A DNA stretch of 64,000 nt from Marsupella aquatica. Its lineage: Eukaryota > Plantae > Marchantiophyta. This document shows, in pieces, positions 1-12,652 of this stretch (the first letter of the stretch is position 1; each line of letters opens with the position of its first letter). Below the pieces are notes generated by a model. That model searched no databases. It was given only the letters and a program-made list of their open reading frames with translations, and had not been told where the DNA came from. The stretch lies in assembly GCA_973895155.1 (NCBI GenBank), contig OZ316893.1:2438430-2502429 (forward strand). Reading direction: 5' to 3'. Made by a program: the position numbers and the translations under genes.

Positions 1-19
1 GTTTTAGCTACACATAACA

Positions 20-480
20 GGCACATCACAAATAATTGGCACATCATGTGCAATGAAGAATATGGTCATTTTCTTGGTTATGAGTGAAAACTTAAAGATT
101 TTTGTGTAATAACTTTAGGGCTAGCTTGAGGGTCATTGAAAATTAAGGGTTGAGTCTTGCAAGAACAATTGGGTTCTTTGAATCAAAATTTTGGAATATT
201 TTAACTCCATAGTGGTAAAAAATAGTTTTTCTTATATTTTAGGGGGTCTAAGGCTTAAAACCGTTGCACATGATGGGTGGGGGGGGGGAGACTCTATACA
301 GTGAGACCCTTGTCAAGCAATCTTCAGACCTATTTGGTACAAGCAAGAATAGGTTTCTGAATTTATTTCAAGGAAAACAGAGAAATTTACCTGGAAGAAC
401 ATTAGGGTATATGAATCTAATTTGTGAGACTTATAAGGAATAGTATAGTTTTTATAAACCAAAATGTGGAATATTCCAAA
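20..480 (-). mobile_element. Decayed copy (or copies) of the TIR/MITE family seen intact at 43592-43877
   Basis: The reverse complement matches 43596-43877. For example, 'atatttagggggtctaaggcttaaaaccgttg...gagactctatacagtgagaccc' corresponds to 'gggtctcactatagggggacctcc...cgtttttaggcctcggaccccctaaaatat'. Confidence 0.7.
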
Positions 481-589
481 ATTTCCTCCAAATAATAGGG
501 TAGAAACTTATTTTCTTAAGTAGTTAAGGCATTTAATCCCTAAAATATTACTGGTGATATAAGGGTTCCAATCTAGTGACCCTCTAGTA

Positions 590-930
590 TAGGATGACAT
601 CTTTTGTGCAAGGTCATTTTTTACACAATGACATCGATTATGTAACATCGTCTTTTTCACATGTGACATTTTTAATGCAACGTCCCTTAAAAGAATGACA
701 CTTTTTTTCACAAACAACATCATTTACATTAATAATACCTTTTGGGCCATGTGATCTTTGTGCAAATGCCATTGTTTACACAATTACATGATGTAAGTAT
801 GGGTAGTGTCATATTTTACACAAAAACATCGTTTTCATAAGGACATCTTATGCTCATTACTATTTTTCGCAAACAAAATCTTTTTCACAAGGACATCTTT
901 TGCACAACATGTTTTATACAATAACATTCT
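590..930. repeat. Degenerate ~18-20 bp minisatellite (GACATCTTTT-type)
   Basis: Recurrent gacatctttt/catcgttttt/tttacac motifs. This is the reverse complement of the AAAAGATGTC satellite inside the Helitron at 55190-56640. Confidence 0.65.
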
Positions 931-2479
931 CTCTAAGGAATGGAACCTAATAGCTGGATACTCTGCTGTTCAAATGGGAAACAGTAACTCTAATTTAAAA
1001 TAGATGGACTCTGCTAGTAAAATGGAAAACGGCCTTGCTTATCTATTATAATGACAAGGATGACAACACCCATAGTGTCCTACGTGCCCTTTGTCTTTCT
1101 TGTGACATTACTTTCATCAATCTTTGTAGTGTCACGAAGCACATCAATTGGTGGTCAAAGCTCTCCACACCACAAATCAATCAGCCAATGGAACATGACT
1201 TTATATTTTCTTGGGCCCCACATATGTCTACCGTGCTAGAGCTACAGTAGGGGCCGTCGAAATTAGGACAACGATAAAATATTGTATGGTTGTGCGTTAC
1301 TTTTGCAGTGAGCAATCATGACTATGATATTAGATTGTCACCTTTGGGGTTCTCTCATTAGATTAGATGAAAGGTGCTAAAATTCAATATATCAAGCTTT
1401 TGTTTCAACCAGAAAGTCATATCTATGATTTTCTTCCCTTCAGACGTCAAATGTTTACCATGAACTTCCAACAGAAAAAAAGGAGGGCATATGCCTCCCA
1501 TTGGACATCATTGAAGGGAGGTGATTCTTGGTCTAGTTTTGTCCCTTCCATCCACAGGAAACAGTGGGGGGCAGGGATGGACAGGATGAAGGGGCGGATA
1601 GGGACTATACTTGGATTCAAATAGGGACAACAAGATCCAACTAGATAGCAAATGTGATAATATGGGGCTAAAATGTTTCAGGGGGCTGATTAAACCACAA
1701 CTGCCCTTCAAAAGCTACGGGTTACCCGCAGTTACCATTAAAAAGAGATTTTTCTTGAAATTGTGGAGCAAACTAGCATGCTAGAGGAGAACAATGATTG
1801 AAATGTGTAAAAGAGGAAAGTCTTGGATACTTCCCCTTATACAGGGGAAGTTGTGGTTTAAGCAAACTATCTGCTGGAGGGGGTCTATTATAGGAGGGGG
1901 TCTATTATGCATATTCCTCAAAAAAGACTGGATCTCTATAAGACATCATGTTTCAATTTGAAAGTTCATGTGACACCTCTTTACATAATTACAACTTTCA
2001 TTTATCAATAAGAGTATATGATTTAGAGGGGCAATGGGCCGCCCCTACCTCCTTCGTGAGTGTTTACAACAGGATACTTAGAGTATACTGTCAATCACAA
2101 CTCCAAAATAGTTACGGATCCCCATGAGAGGTCTCTTGCAAATTCCCTGCCACAGGTTGCACCACATCACCACAACCAGCCACAAACAGGAATGATTCTA
2201 CTTTTAACAATAACAAACGTGCACATTCCTGTTTGTGGCAAAAGCAACGTAATTTTTGGGGCGCCATGCCGTAAATATTGAACATAAAAAAACCAAAATA
2301 CAAAGGGAGATATGTCATTTAGTAAAATAAAGTTATCATTTTGATGTTTGTCAAAGATATATTAGTGTTTTATATCAAAATGCTAGTATTTTTTAATTGT
2401 TTGCAAGCTTGAAAAAACCAACCAATAGAAATGTACATAGTTAAAACCCCTTTGGGTTCACATTGTAAAACTAAATAAT

Positions 2480-2980
2480 CAATCTCCTTAGTACTTGATA
2501 AAATTGTCAATGTTTGATTCATTGGAAAACTCAAGATCAAGATTTAGAAACTAGTGACCTCTTTAATATTGTCTTGATAAATTCTCTCAATGTCACACTC
2601 ATTGGAAAGCTAAAGTAAAATTAAAAACTCATCATCTCCTTAGTACTTGACAAAATCTATCAAATAATGTTAGGTTCATTGGAAAGCTAGAGAAATTCAG
2701 ATACTCATGATCTCTCTAATTCTTGACGAATAATCTCAATGTCACACATTAGAAAACTAAAGAGATTGAAAACCTCATGATCTCTTTAGTATCGTGACAA
2801 AATCTGACGTAAAATTTGTTAATGTCGGACTCAATGTTGGAAAGCTAAAAGAATTCATGGACTCATGATCAATATTTTTTATACTCACACTCATTGGAAA
2901 GGCAAAGAAATTCAAAAACTCATTTGGAACTTGACAAAATTTGTCAATGTGAGGCTCATTGGAAATCCTTTCTCGATTAA
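2480..2980. repeat. Degenerate tandem repeat, ~70-85 bp unit, ~6-7 copies
   Basis: Recurrent block 'aatgt...ctcattggaaagcta...actcatgatctc...tagtacttgacaaaat'. Confidence 0.75.
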
Positions 2981-3624
2981 GAGATATCACAATCTCATCA
3001 CTGTCACAAACTTAGCCGTTGAAAATTAATTTCTTTGATTATGTCGCCATCCCTTGTCCACAATGCTTGCTTCCCGGCTTGAATTATTCGCATTCCTCTA
3101 GTCTTCAACTAAAGCTCACTCTGGACACAGGTTGACGCCAAATGCAACCTTTATGTCAAAGAAACAATCGTTGGTCTCTCTCTCACGCCATAGCTTTCTT
3201 AAACACAACAACTGCAAATCCTTCATGTGAAGTGATGACTCATTTGTTTTGTGTGTTCTTCCCACCGAATCGACAAGTGCTCTTTTGCCAATAGCTAAGT
3301 GTTATCCTCCAGTCTGTCTTGTGGCGGTAATGCTCAATGTAACTCACAAATGATCAATCATGAATGATAGAAACACAATTTCTCCAATGTGTAAGCAAAA
3401 ACTGTCAAAAAACTTAATTCCTCCATATTCAACCTTCCGTTGATAAATCTCCTCTATCTTTTGAGCATTTTCTTTTGTACGAGCACACACCAAAACCATA
3501 GGGAGACTCAAAATTGTAGATTATCGTCTTGTTTAAAATTGATTTCACTTCATCAAACACACATTCCTTGGATGAACATGGGGGTTCACAGATTAATTTG
3601 GGTAGGAGGACCAATTTTTTTAAT

Positions 3625-4038
3625 GATTATTTAACTTTGACAAACCGCGATGGCATTACAGCTTTCTAATAGTACGGAAGTCCCCAAAATTTGAGCTCAA
3701 GAGTTATGTAACTTTTGAACAGACCGAGATGGTACTACGGCTTTCTATAAGCCCAAAATTTCAATGATTATTTAGCTTTTGCGATGACCGAGACGGCACT
3801 CCGGCTTTCTAGTAGTACGGAAGTCCAATTTTAATAATTATTGAGCTTTTGCACAGACCGAGATGGCACTACGGCTTCCTAGTAGTACCGAGGGCCCAAA
3901 ATTTCAATGATTATATAGCTTTTGCGCAGACCGAGGTGGCACTACGGCTTTCTAGTAGTACCGAGGGCACAAGATTGTCATACTTAAATAGCTTTTGAAC
4001 GGACCGAGATGGCACTACGGATTTCTCGTAGTACCGTC
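3625..4038. repeat. Tandem minisatellite, ~64-77 bp unit, 6 copies, with internal hairpin
   Basis: The core 'gcttttgcacagaccgagatggcactacggctttctagtagtac' recurs near 3645, 3722, 3786, 3856, 3929 and 4002. ACTAC...GTAGT can pair. Confidence 0.9.
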
Positions 4039-5862
4039 CTAAAGAGGCGTAGTACAGTGTCCGGAGTGCGCAGCTGGCGGCCATAGCCATAGCCCTGAAG
4101 ACTGTCGATCGGCACCCCATTGGATGCTAATCTCGCGGAGCTCTCTGCCTCTGCCTCTGCGCTGCAGGCTGAATGGCTGATGATGGATCTCGCTCGCCAT
4201 CGCTGCGAGAGGGCTGGCTGGCGCGAGGAAAGGAGTCGGGAAAAGGCGAGGTCGAGGAGCCAGCGAGAGGTATAGATTTGCGGGCAGGATGATGCTGTCG
4301 TGAAAGAAAAAATCTGTCCTGCACTGTCTGGTCGATGCCCCGATCTGGCTTTTGCTTGCTTTTGCTTTTGCTTGGCTAGATTTGCCCGCTCCAGGAATCT
4401 CTGGCTGTACTCGGGAGCGAGTTGGAGCAGAAAGGCAGAAAGGGAGATGGCCGCCGTGGATTTGTTTGGGAGCGAATTTCATTTATCTGGTTGAGGATTG
4501 CGAAGAGGGGTCTCCTCCTTTTCTCCTCATCGGAATAGTGGTCGAGGTCATCCACGTTGGGCCGGATGGACACGTGACTTCGATCTCCCGGGATGTCAGG
4601 GATTAAAGGGAAGGGAAGCGGGACAGACACGGAGAAGCGAGGAGCTAGCTGATGATGCTTTGCGCTCAATGTGATCATGAGCAGAAGCAGTGGCAGAGGG
4701 CGTGGAAGTGGGAGAAGGAGGGAGGGAGGAGGAGGAGGAGTAGAGCATCGGGAGCTGCAGGGGGAGAAGCAGTGTCCTCTGTTGCACGAGGCGCGTCGAT
4801 TCGTGGGTTCGTTGGCGCCAGCATTTTAGCCAGCCCTCCGTTTTCTCTCTTTCCGTCCGAGGAAGCGGTGGGTTGGGAGGGATTGGGGCACGAGGAGTAA
4901 AGAGGAGGAGGTGAACGAGCAGGAGGGGTGCGAGTCGTTTGTGTGAATTGTACTCCGCATTAGGGAATAGAGGTTGTCAGCCAGGAAGGAAAGCGCTGAT
5001 CGATCACACGTACGAGCCTGAATTGGTGTGAGATTTGGAGGGAGGATTCGGCTTTTCTCGAGTTGGCCGAGCCGGCGGCGTGTCGTGAGGAAGTGGCAAT
5101 TCGTACATTGCGGTAGTCTGCCGGTGAGACCAAGGAGAAGAACAGACGAGGGCGGCGCTTAGCCTGATTCAAGCTTTGTCTAGGTTTCCGTCGCTTTTAT
5201 CAAATTGTCTGGTCATCAATCAGGTGGCGGGAACTGTCCGATTACCTGCCGCTGAGGCTACAGGTAATCTAGTCCTTTGTTCTTGGGAAAAGGACCTCAA
5301 GAGTAGCTGCCTAAGGAAGACCAGTCTGCCTGGATAACAAACTTGAGTCTCTGTTTCTGTCTCCCCTCCCGTTCGTCGCCGATTAGCTTGTGAACGTTGG
5401 ACGAGGCTCTTCCAGTAGGAGCTGGAACCGAAGACGGGTCTCTCCAATTCTCTACTCCTAGCAGGTTGCGGTCGATGACTATTGTCAGACAAGGAGGCAG
5501 ATACTATTGGAAGATGAAGCACGTCAAGGAGATCAAGATTGGGTGGATCACCACGGTGTCGTTTTAGTGCGTTCGGCGAGGAGCTGTATCCTTCGAACAC
5601 CCTTTCCAGCCGCTACTGCCGCTACTGTCGCCCTTGCCACTCTCGTCATTCCCGAATGTTTTATCTGTAGAGGGAGAGTACTTCTTGCTGTCCAGGAAGA
5701 CTTGTTACGCCTCTCGCTGCATCTCTAGCAGCTGCCATTCACTTTCCATAATCACTGTCCGTCATTACAGAACTGAGGGATATTAAATTCCGAAGAGGAG
5801 TATTGCGATTGGAGAGAGGATTTGAAGGTTAGACGTTTGTTTGTTACCGCCGTTTGCCAGGC

Positions 5863-6757
5863 ATGGCGGGTGCCTACAGGTCAAACTCGATGATGGCAAT
5901 GCTGGATGCAAAGCCTGAAGGGAAGGGGATGGGGAAAGTAGGGGTTCTACAGGATGCGCACAACACCGAACCACAGCAGGATTGGAACGATGCGAGCGAC
6001 AACCAGAGTCCTCTTCGTAAGCATTTGATCAGCGCATATTTACGGGTGCCGGATGAGGAAGCGATGCCTTTGCTGGGCGAGTATTTCGCGGTGGCTTTGT
6101 CGTTCGTGGCCCTGGGAGCACTGGTGCGTGCGTCGAATTCCAGCAAGAGGAAGAATAAGAAGACCATCGTCACCGAGGAGGAGCGGCTGGACCTCCGTGC
6201 ATGCTCGAAGTTTGAGAGGATGGCGTTGGAGTCGATGCTCAAAGAGTCGATGGAGCGGTTGGGGAACCTATCACTGAACGCTTTTGAATTGGAAAGGAGG
6301 GTCAGAGATTTGGTGGATGAGAATGTTGCCCGGGACAAGGAGAAGGTCCAGCTATTGAACAGGCTTGCTGACGCGGAGAAACTTGCAATTGAATTGAGGG
6401 CGTTGCGGAAAGCTGAGGGCCGGGCCAACGAGAGAGTCATGAGCATTGTGGCGGCAAAGGAGCAGGACTGGCTCAAGGAGAAGAGGAACCTCCAGAAGGA
6501 GATAGAGAAGGTGAAGGAGACAATGAATGGGATGACCAGAGAGGCCAAGTTCCAGGCCAGGCGATGCAGGAACCCCACTTGCGAGCATTGCAAGGGAATA
6601 GACAGGGTGTCGAGGAACGTGAAGGGTAGGATTTCTCTCAGGGAGCTTCACAGCTTACGAGAGGCTTCTCAAGCTCCTGTCAAACGCTTGGTTTCTCCTC
6701 CTCAGGTGAACCGTCTTGTTGAGGCTCCCAAGGTTGACGAACGGCAAGAGATTGAAG
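5863..6757 (+). CDS. Coiled-coil protein of the At5g53020/At3g45900-like ('RNase P p38-related') family, exon 1
   Basis: ATG at 5863 follows a probable 5'UTR-intron acceptor (tttgccag). A hydrophobic segment EYFAVALSFVALGAL precedes the coiled-coil motif ELRALRKAEGRANERVMSIVAAKEQDWLKEKRNL, recalled as similar to ELKKxRxEDAKANEKVVGIxAxQxQxWLxER. Phase-1 donor GAAG|gtacac at 6758. Confidence 0.75.
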
Positions 6758-7071
6758 GTACACCCGGTTTGCTGGATTTGATATCTTTGCAGTCACATTA
6801 AGTTGGATATTTCTAATGAATTGTGTTGAGAACAGTTGCATGAAGTGGTTCTGGAATTGCAGCGCAAGCGAACGCTGTCGAGACTTTACCATTCACAATT
6901 ATTGATGCCTTGGCGATTGTGATGTTTTGAGTGTTGTTTGTCTGATTGACTTTTTGTGTCGGCAAAAGTTCTGAGAGTTGATGTCTCTAGCCTTTCTTCT
7001 CCAGTTGGAGTGTTCGCTATCAGACGGTAATTTCTGTTGATTTGTTAATTTCTGTTGATTTGTGCACACAG

Positions 7072-8610
7072 AGGACCGAGTGCTCATGAAAGCTATAGAG
7101 CTCAAGAAGAAGCAGAGAGAGCTGAGCAAGGTTGAAAAGATTCAGCAAGCAGGTGGAATTGTGAGTGGTTCAAGCCAGTCCGCGTCTAAAGAGCTCTTAG
7201 TAAAGCAGCAGCAGGACATGGAAAGCGAGCTGGCCAACATACTGAAGAGAGTTGGAATGTTGAAGCACAACTCGTACATAGGTGGTGGGCCATCAACGAG
7301 CAAGGAGGCAACGGATGAGATGCAGCTTTCCTTCGGCAACAATGAAGATGTAGGCGACCACCCAGAGGATGGAATTGCTCCTGATGGAAATGTAGGGGAA
7401 GAGGTGGTTGAGAATGCTCCCAGGATCCCAGAATCTAACATTCATTATCCCAACCTGGATTCAGCAGATTTTGTCTCTCAGGAAGAGTCTGACTTTGTTG
7501 AACTTGAGAAGGCATTTGAGCTGAGGGATGACCAAGAAGTGGCTTCAATTGGAGATGACAGTGGTGCTGTAGTCGTCAAGACCCGACCAGAACAAATCGA
7601 AAGCACCACTAGTAAGGATGGTGGAATTCCTAATACCTCCACGAATGAGCAACAGGATGTTTTGGACGTAGATGAAGAGCTCTTGGCATTCCAAGAAAGT
7701 TTGAGTCTCAGAGATGGGGTTGCTCTTCCAGAAGCTGGAAACGAGATTAATGGAGGCCTCGAGGAAGCCCCTGGAAATCTAGCTGCTGACGTGTCTGCTA
7801 CTGTCGACCCTTCTGACCTGGTTGAGGAGGGAGAAAGAGCTAGTTTATCTCACGTCCCTGACGAAGCTGATCCTGAAGAACAGGAGCATACACCAGAAGC
7901 TACAGATTTGGTGCGCACAGACAACGGCACGGATGAAGTGGACTCCCAAGCTGATGTACCCCAGGATGGAGTAGGTTCTAACGCAGAAGACATACATGTT
8001 GCAGAGATGCCAGTTGGAAACGCGAATGAAGATGAGCAGGAGTTGGGAGTCATTGAAGACGAAGAAGACGCAGCCGAGTTCTCTGATGCATCAAGTTCAC
8101 CCTTGGATCCTGTCTCTTGTGAAGTGCCCGAAGGAAGGGGTTCCTCTGCTGGGTTTGTGGCCGAACAGCCCGAGCAGGACCACACTGAGTATGGCAGTGG
8201 TATGGATGTCAAGGAGAATTGGGGCTTCAAGGATCCTGTTTCAAGCTCAGATGGGGAAGTTCTCGAGAACCAAGACATTCCAGTTTTTGAGAGAAACAGT
8301 ACTGACGACGACCTGGCTGCAGAGCTTCCAGAACCTGAAGAAAAGAGGGTCTGTGGTCCTCCGGAGACCTTGGATTCCAGTGATGATTTTTCTGAGAATG
8401 AGTTGTCAAGTTCTGTGAAAGAGACGAGCAGGCAAGAAGGAGAGAGCTTGAAAGATAAGGATAGCGCCGCCACCATTCGAGAGGTTGGCAGCCAGTTGGA
8501 AGAGGATAATTTCGTAGAGAAAATTGGCTTGGCTGATGCGAAGCCAATGACGGATTCAGTGATAGCACATAGTCAAGATCATCTCGAGCCCGCGGACTTG
8601 GTCAGTTCAG
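7072..8610 (+). CDS. Same gene, exon 2: short coiled coil followed by a long acidic, low-complexity region
   Basis: Acceptor cacacag|AG at 7071 is in phase with exon 1. About 510 open codons, D/E/S-rich. Donor TCAG|gttaat at 8611. Confidence 0.75.
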
Positions 8611-10189
8611 GTTAATTCGCAAATTTGACTTCTGGATGCAGATACTATTTTAACTCTCAGCACAACATGTGCGCCCTGAAAAGAATCGTTCATACCGTGT
8701 TCAGATGAGCACGGTCAGAACAGTAAGTAATACCGGTAATGACCCTTCGCATTGCGCATTTGGGTTCAATGAAGACTTGAGGATAGGCGGGATATTTATT
8801 GAAGCTCCAGCCAGGGCACTGAGGATACTTGCTTATGATCTGAATCTGTGGACTACTTTTGCCCAAAAGCACACAGGTGGAATCAGGGCTGGGAAACAAG
8901 AAGGTTGATGTCTCGTCTTTGAGACTTACGAGGTTAGGAAGCTTTCGTCCTATATTGCGAGCACACCGGTTTCAGGATTTTTTATCGACGTTGCCACTTT
9001 TTAGAACTACTTTTCTGGGACCGGAAGAAGATTAGAAAGTTGAATTATGGAAACGTGTGGTCTGCTTTTACTCATGTGAAAGGACTGGCTAGCAAAGGAC
9101 TGGACACTTTTCAGGTGCGTTTGGTACCATGCAATGTGACTGACGACAGTTACGGTGACTTGAAGGTGTCCGAGTTCCGGTCCATAATTTACCAGAAACA
9201 TGGCCTTGCGTAGTGATCAAAGCCTCTAGTAGAGCAGGTAGAATTTTAGCTACACCATGTCTTGATAATACATTTATGTGTTTTTCGGGAGATCTAGTTC
9301 AAAAGTTTGACATTTAATCTGGATCTGCTAGTCTTATCTGAATCTGCTCAAGCAATTAAAGTACGTTTCATTACCATAAAAGATCAGTCATAACATGTTT
9401 GTAATATCATCCACTGCACCTTTATACGCTATATATGTGTGTCGTGGAGTGAGACGCTAGCTTCGTATCATTTACCGTCAGCTAGATAAGGTGCAGTTGA
9501 GCCTGTGGAGTTGCAAGGCTGGTCTAGCATGTACAGCGTTTCACTGAAAGAATTGATGTTTGTTCCATGGAATGTTTGGTCGCTTCCTCGACTGACATGC
9601 TTGTCTGCTGGCGTGAGAGGTATTTAGCGAAAATCGGTCGTCAGCAAGTGCTTTAGGTTCTCCCTAAACTTGATCCAGGTGAGGACTGAGGTCTGCTTTT
9701 CCTAGCGTGAGAATACTGGCTAGTAAAAGTGCTGGACAATTTTCAGCTGCATTTGGTACCGCGCACTATGACAGACGACCCCATGAGTCCATATTCCAGG
9801 TTATATACTTGGCCAGAAAACATGTGCTCGAATAGTCATCAAAGCACAGTAAGAAGCACACATCAAACTCTGAATGCGAACAACGGAAATTGATTCACTT
9901 GCTCTATTGTCATAGAAGTCAGATAACACTTCCTTTCTCATAGCGTAAATTGTGTTCTGTAGACTTTTTGATCAATCCAGCTCAGAAATATGGTGAACGC
10001 TTAGGAGTCTGAATCAACGTCAGAAATATGCAAACGCTTAGGAGTATGAATCAAGGTCAGAAATATGCAAACGCCATGGAAGTAAGAACTAAAGTGGTAA
10101 ACAGGTTCTTTCTCATACTTTCCAACCTGCGTAGGACTATTGTGATCCATATCAGGAGCAACAAGCTATTAATTCCTCTCTGACGGCAG

Positions 10190-10674
10190 AGGAACACGAT
10201 CACGCGGGTGAAATCTCAAATGCCAATACTCAAGCATATGACCCCACAAAGGAACTTACCCAAGCACATGACTCTACAAGGGAACTTCCTGGTAAGAACC
10301 AAAACCCCAATCCTCCACAAAAGCCCACTGCCTACGGACAGGAATCTGCTGCGCCGCAGTACCCAACTTCTGACCTCGATTTGGAAGAGCCGACCGATCC
10401 AAATGGAGTGACATCATTCTCACTGGAGAGTTGTCGGAAACTCAGAACACCAGGTAGGTGCAGATCCGTTCGGATCCATAATTATAGAGGAAGGGATCGT
10501 CAGCACAGGGACTTATAAGTTGCGCTCATCTGCACTCACGGCACCAGAAAGACTCATGTAGCCATATCAGCTACTTTAACACTTCCTCCCGCCGCGTTCG
10601 TGTTCATAACTTCGTGTTCAGAAGGTTGGACCTGCAACAATAACAGCAACGTTTGTAACATGCATGATCGATGA
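10190..10674 (+). CDS. Putative 3' exons of the same gene (10190-10453 and 10622-10674)
   Basis: Phase-1 acceptor gacggcag|AG GAA CAC opens an acidic/Pro-rich frame (EHDHAGEISNANTQAYDPTKELT...RTP) ending at CAG|gtaggt. The next acceptor gtgttcag| gives EGWTCNNNSNVCNMHDR* with TGA at 10672-10674. Not in the ORF track, and the splice model is inferred. Confidence 0.45.
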
Positions 10675-12106
10675 TAACATAAGCTCAGTGAGATTTCTAA
10701 GAATGTAATACAGATAGTGACAAAGCTATCCTACTTTCGATACAGCATAATTCCACCCACCTTTACTGAAAGGTAGTTGTCATGAAAATAAGTTCAACAG
10801 TAAACTGCTCAGTCTGGCAGTACTAACAGGACCTGCAGGGCTGTTCTGGTTTAAAACGGTGATGTCTCGAATGACAGATGAAGAAATCTCACTCTAACTT
10901 TCCATGCACATCGATGTAAGGTCCCCTGCGCGGGTTGGGATTTTAAGAGATAGTGTACTCCCTGCTTGTCGGACGTCGGACCTTTTGGGCAGCCAAGAGA
11001 AAATTGCTTTTCAACTTGTTTTCCGCTGCATGTGCAATCAACATGTTTAGCAGATTTTATGTCAAACCACGGATTCCCAGCACATCAGATCATAGACTTT
11101 CTAAGCCGAGGGAGACTGCTTAAGCCAGTCCTACAGTTCGCAAAAACCTTTTCGACACATCTGATCAGGCCGAGTCACGCATCCTGATGCAATCTAGGGA
11201 ACCTAATTGAAACCCACTTTTAGGACGAGGATCTTGCCACAGCGTGAAGCTGGATATCTTCCTGTCTCCCTTCATGAAGCATTGGATAGTGTTGTTAAGT
11301 TCGGACGTCCTGGCTGGAAATGTTAAACACGGTATGTACATTCCCACATCAAAAAGGTGTAGGAATTGACACTTCCAGATTCTAGAGGGACTGTACAACT
11401 CGCATATCGGAGTAAAGTTTCAGGTAAGAAGATGACTGTACAGCAGATCGATCCAGCGTACCTTCTTTACGTAGTGAACTTGGTTCCTTAAGCGTGGCTG
11501 CACATGATTCATTCCATCGTCTTACTTTAGTTGTTAGGGTCTTCTTTCTAAATACTAAAGAGTGCACATACATTACACAAGTTCACTTGCTTTTAGGTAA
11601 TCATAGTCAACTCAATTAAAACCGGAACTTAGCATATGTGCACATTGTGGAGATTCATTTTTCTCATTTTATTGGACGATTCATTGAAAATGAAAGATTT
11701 AACATTTACGAGGAGAGCTAGATACATTCAAAATACTCTAAATTCAATAAAAGTAATTCACTGAAAAGTGGTTAAAAAGTTAATTCAAAATAAGTTTAAT
11801 ACAAATGATTGCACATTAAAATCAAATATTGAACACAAAATCTATGAAAAGGTGAATTCACCATATAATACCTTCATATTAATTTCCAATTTACACGAGG
11901 TCCGCATATGTTCCAGAGGAGTAAAACTACTTTGAGACACGTCATATCCAATACGGTCACCTCCTGTCATCAATCTATCACTCTCTCAGCAACAATCTAT
12001 CACAAATAGCTCAGCAAGAGCAGAAGGCGCTAGCGGCTGTGGGTGTCTGTTGTCAGCAACACGTCGTATTATCTACCACATTTCCTTTAGATCAGGTGCA
12101 GCGATG

Positions 12107-12113
12107 TATATAA
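12107..12113 (+). promoter_or_regulatory. TATA box of F-box/kelch gene 1
   Basis: TATATAAGGAGCTC is conserved in the paralog promoter (22179). It is followed by a conserved putative 5'UTR intron (gattc|gtgagc ... ccacag|cag). Confidence 0.6.
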
Positions 12114-12652
12114 GGAGCTCTTGGTGTATCCCCGCGCGCTGTTGAGCTATGCGTGTCACCATTTTGTCGGCGAGTGCACTTCAGTTCTCTCGTCGACAGC
12201 TCTCATCAGATTCGTGAGCTCACTGCACTTCTGCTTTGACCCGTTGCAGCATTCCATTCCAGTAGTGTCGAAGGCTGCAGTCTCATTGAGATTTTCACTT
12301 CGGCTTTCTCCATTCATAATTGTAAGCTTCTTGTTGCTTTTGGGATCTTCAACATGATGTTGTTGACGTCTCGGGGGTTCTGCTTTTCTTCACACGTTAG
12401 TGGGATTCTATGACACCACTATTTGCTGGAATAGTAACCTTTGCCTCGATGATTTTATATTGAATTTGGCCGGCCGGGTCTGAATGTCCAACGGGGGTTC
12501 GGCTTGATCGAGCTGTACTGGCCATCGTTGACGAATCTGTGTCCATACCTACTGTTTCGATTAGTAACGAGATTTGGCAATCGTTCTGATTAAATCTTCA
12601 ATTCGTTGTCTTTGGCGAGGTATCTGTCCACAGCAGTACGCACAGAATTGTA

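Noticed and set aside
3625-4038. CRISPR-like repeat/spacer appearance
   Set aside because: The linkers are related to each other rather than unique, the repeats are degenerate, no cas genes are present and the context is eukaryotic. It is a minisatellite.
4039-5730. Multiple overlapping 60-150 aa ORFs on both strands
   Set aside because: Low-complexity products from a GC-rich promoter/5'UTR with no recognisable domain.
11040-11190. Small ORF apparently conserved in both duplicated segments (FPAHQ...LKPVLQ..KTFSTHL)
   Set aside because: Conservation is explained by the duplication itself. Starts and stops differ between copies, and no domain is recognisable.
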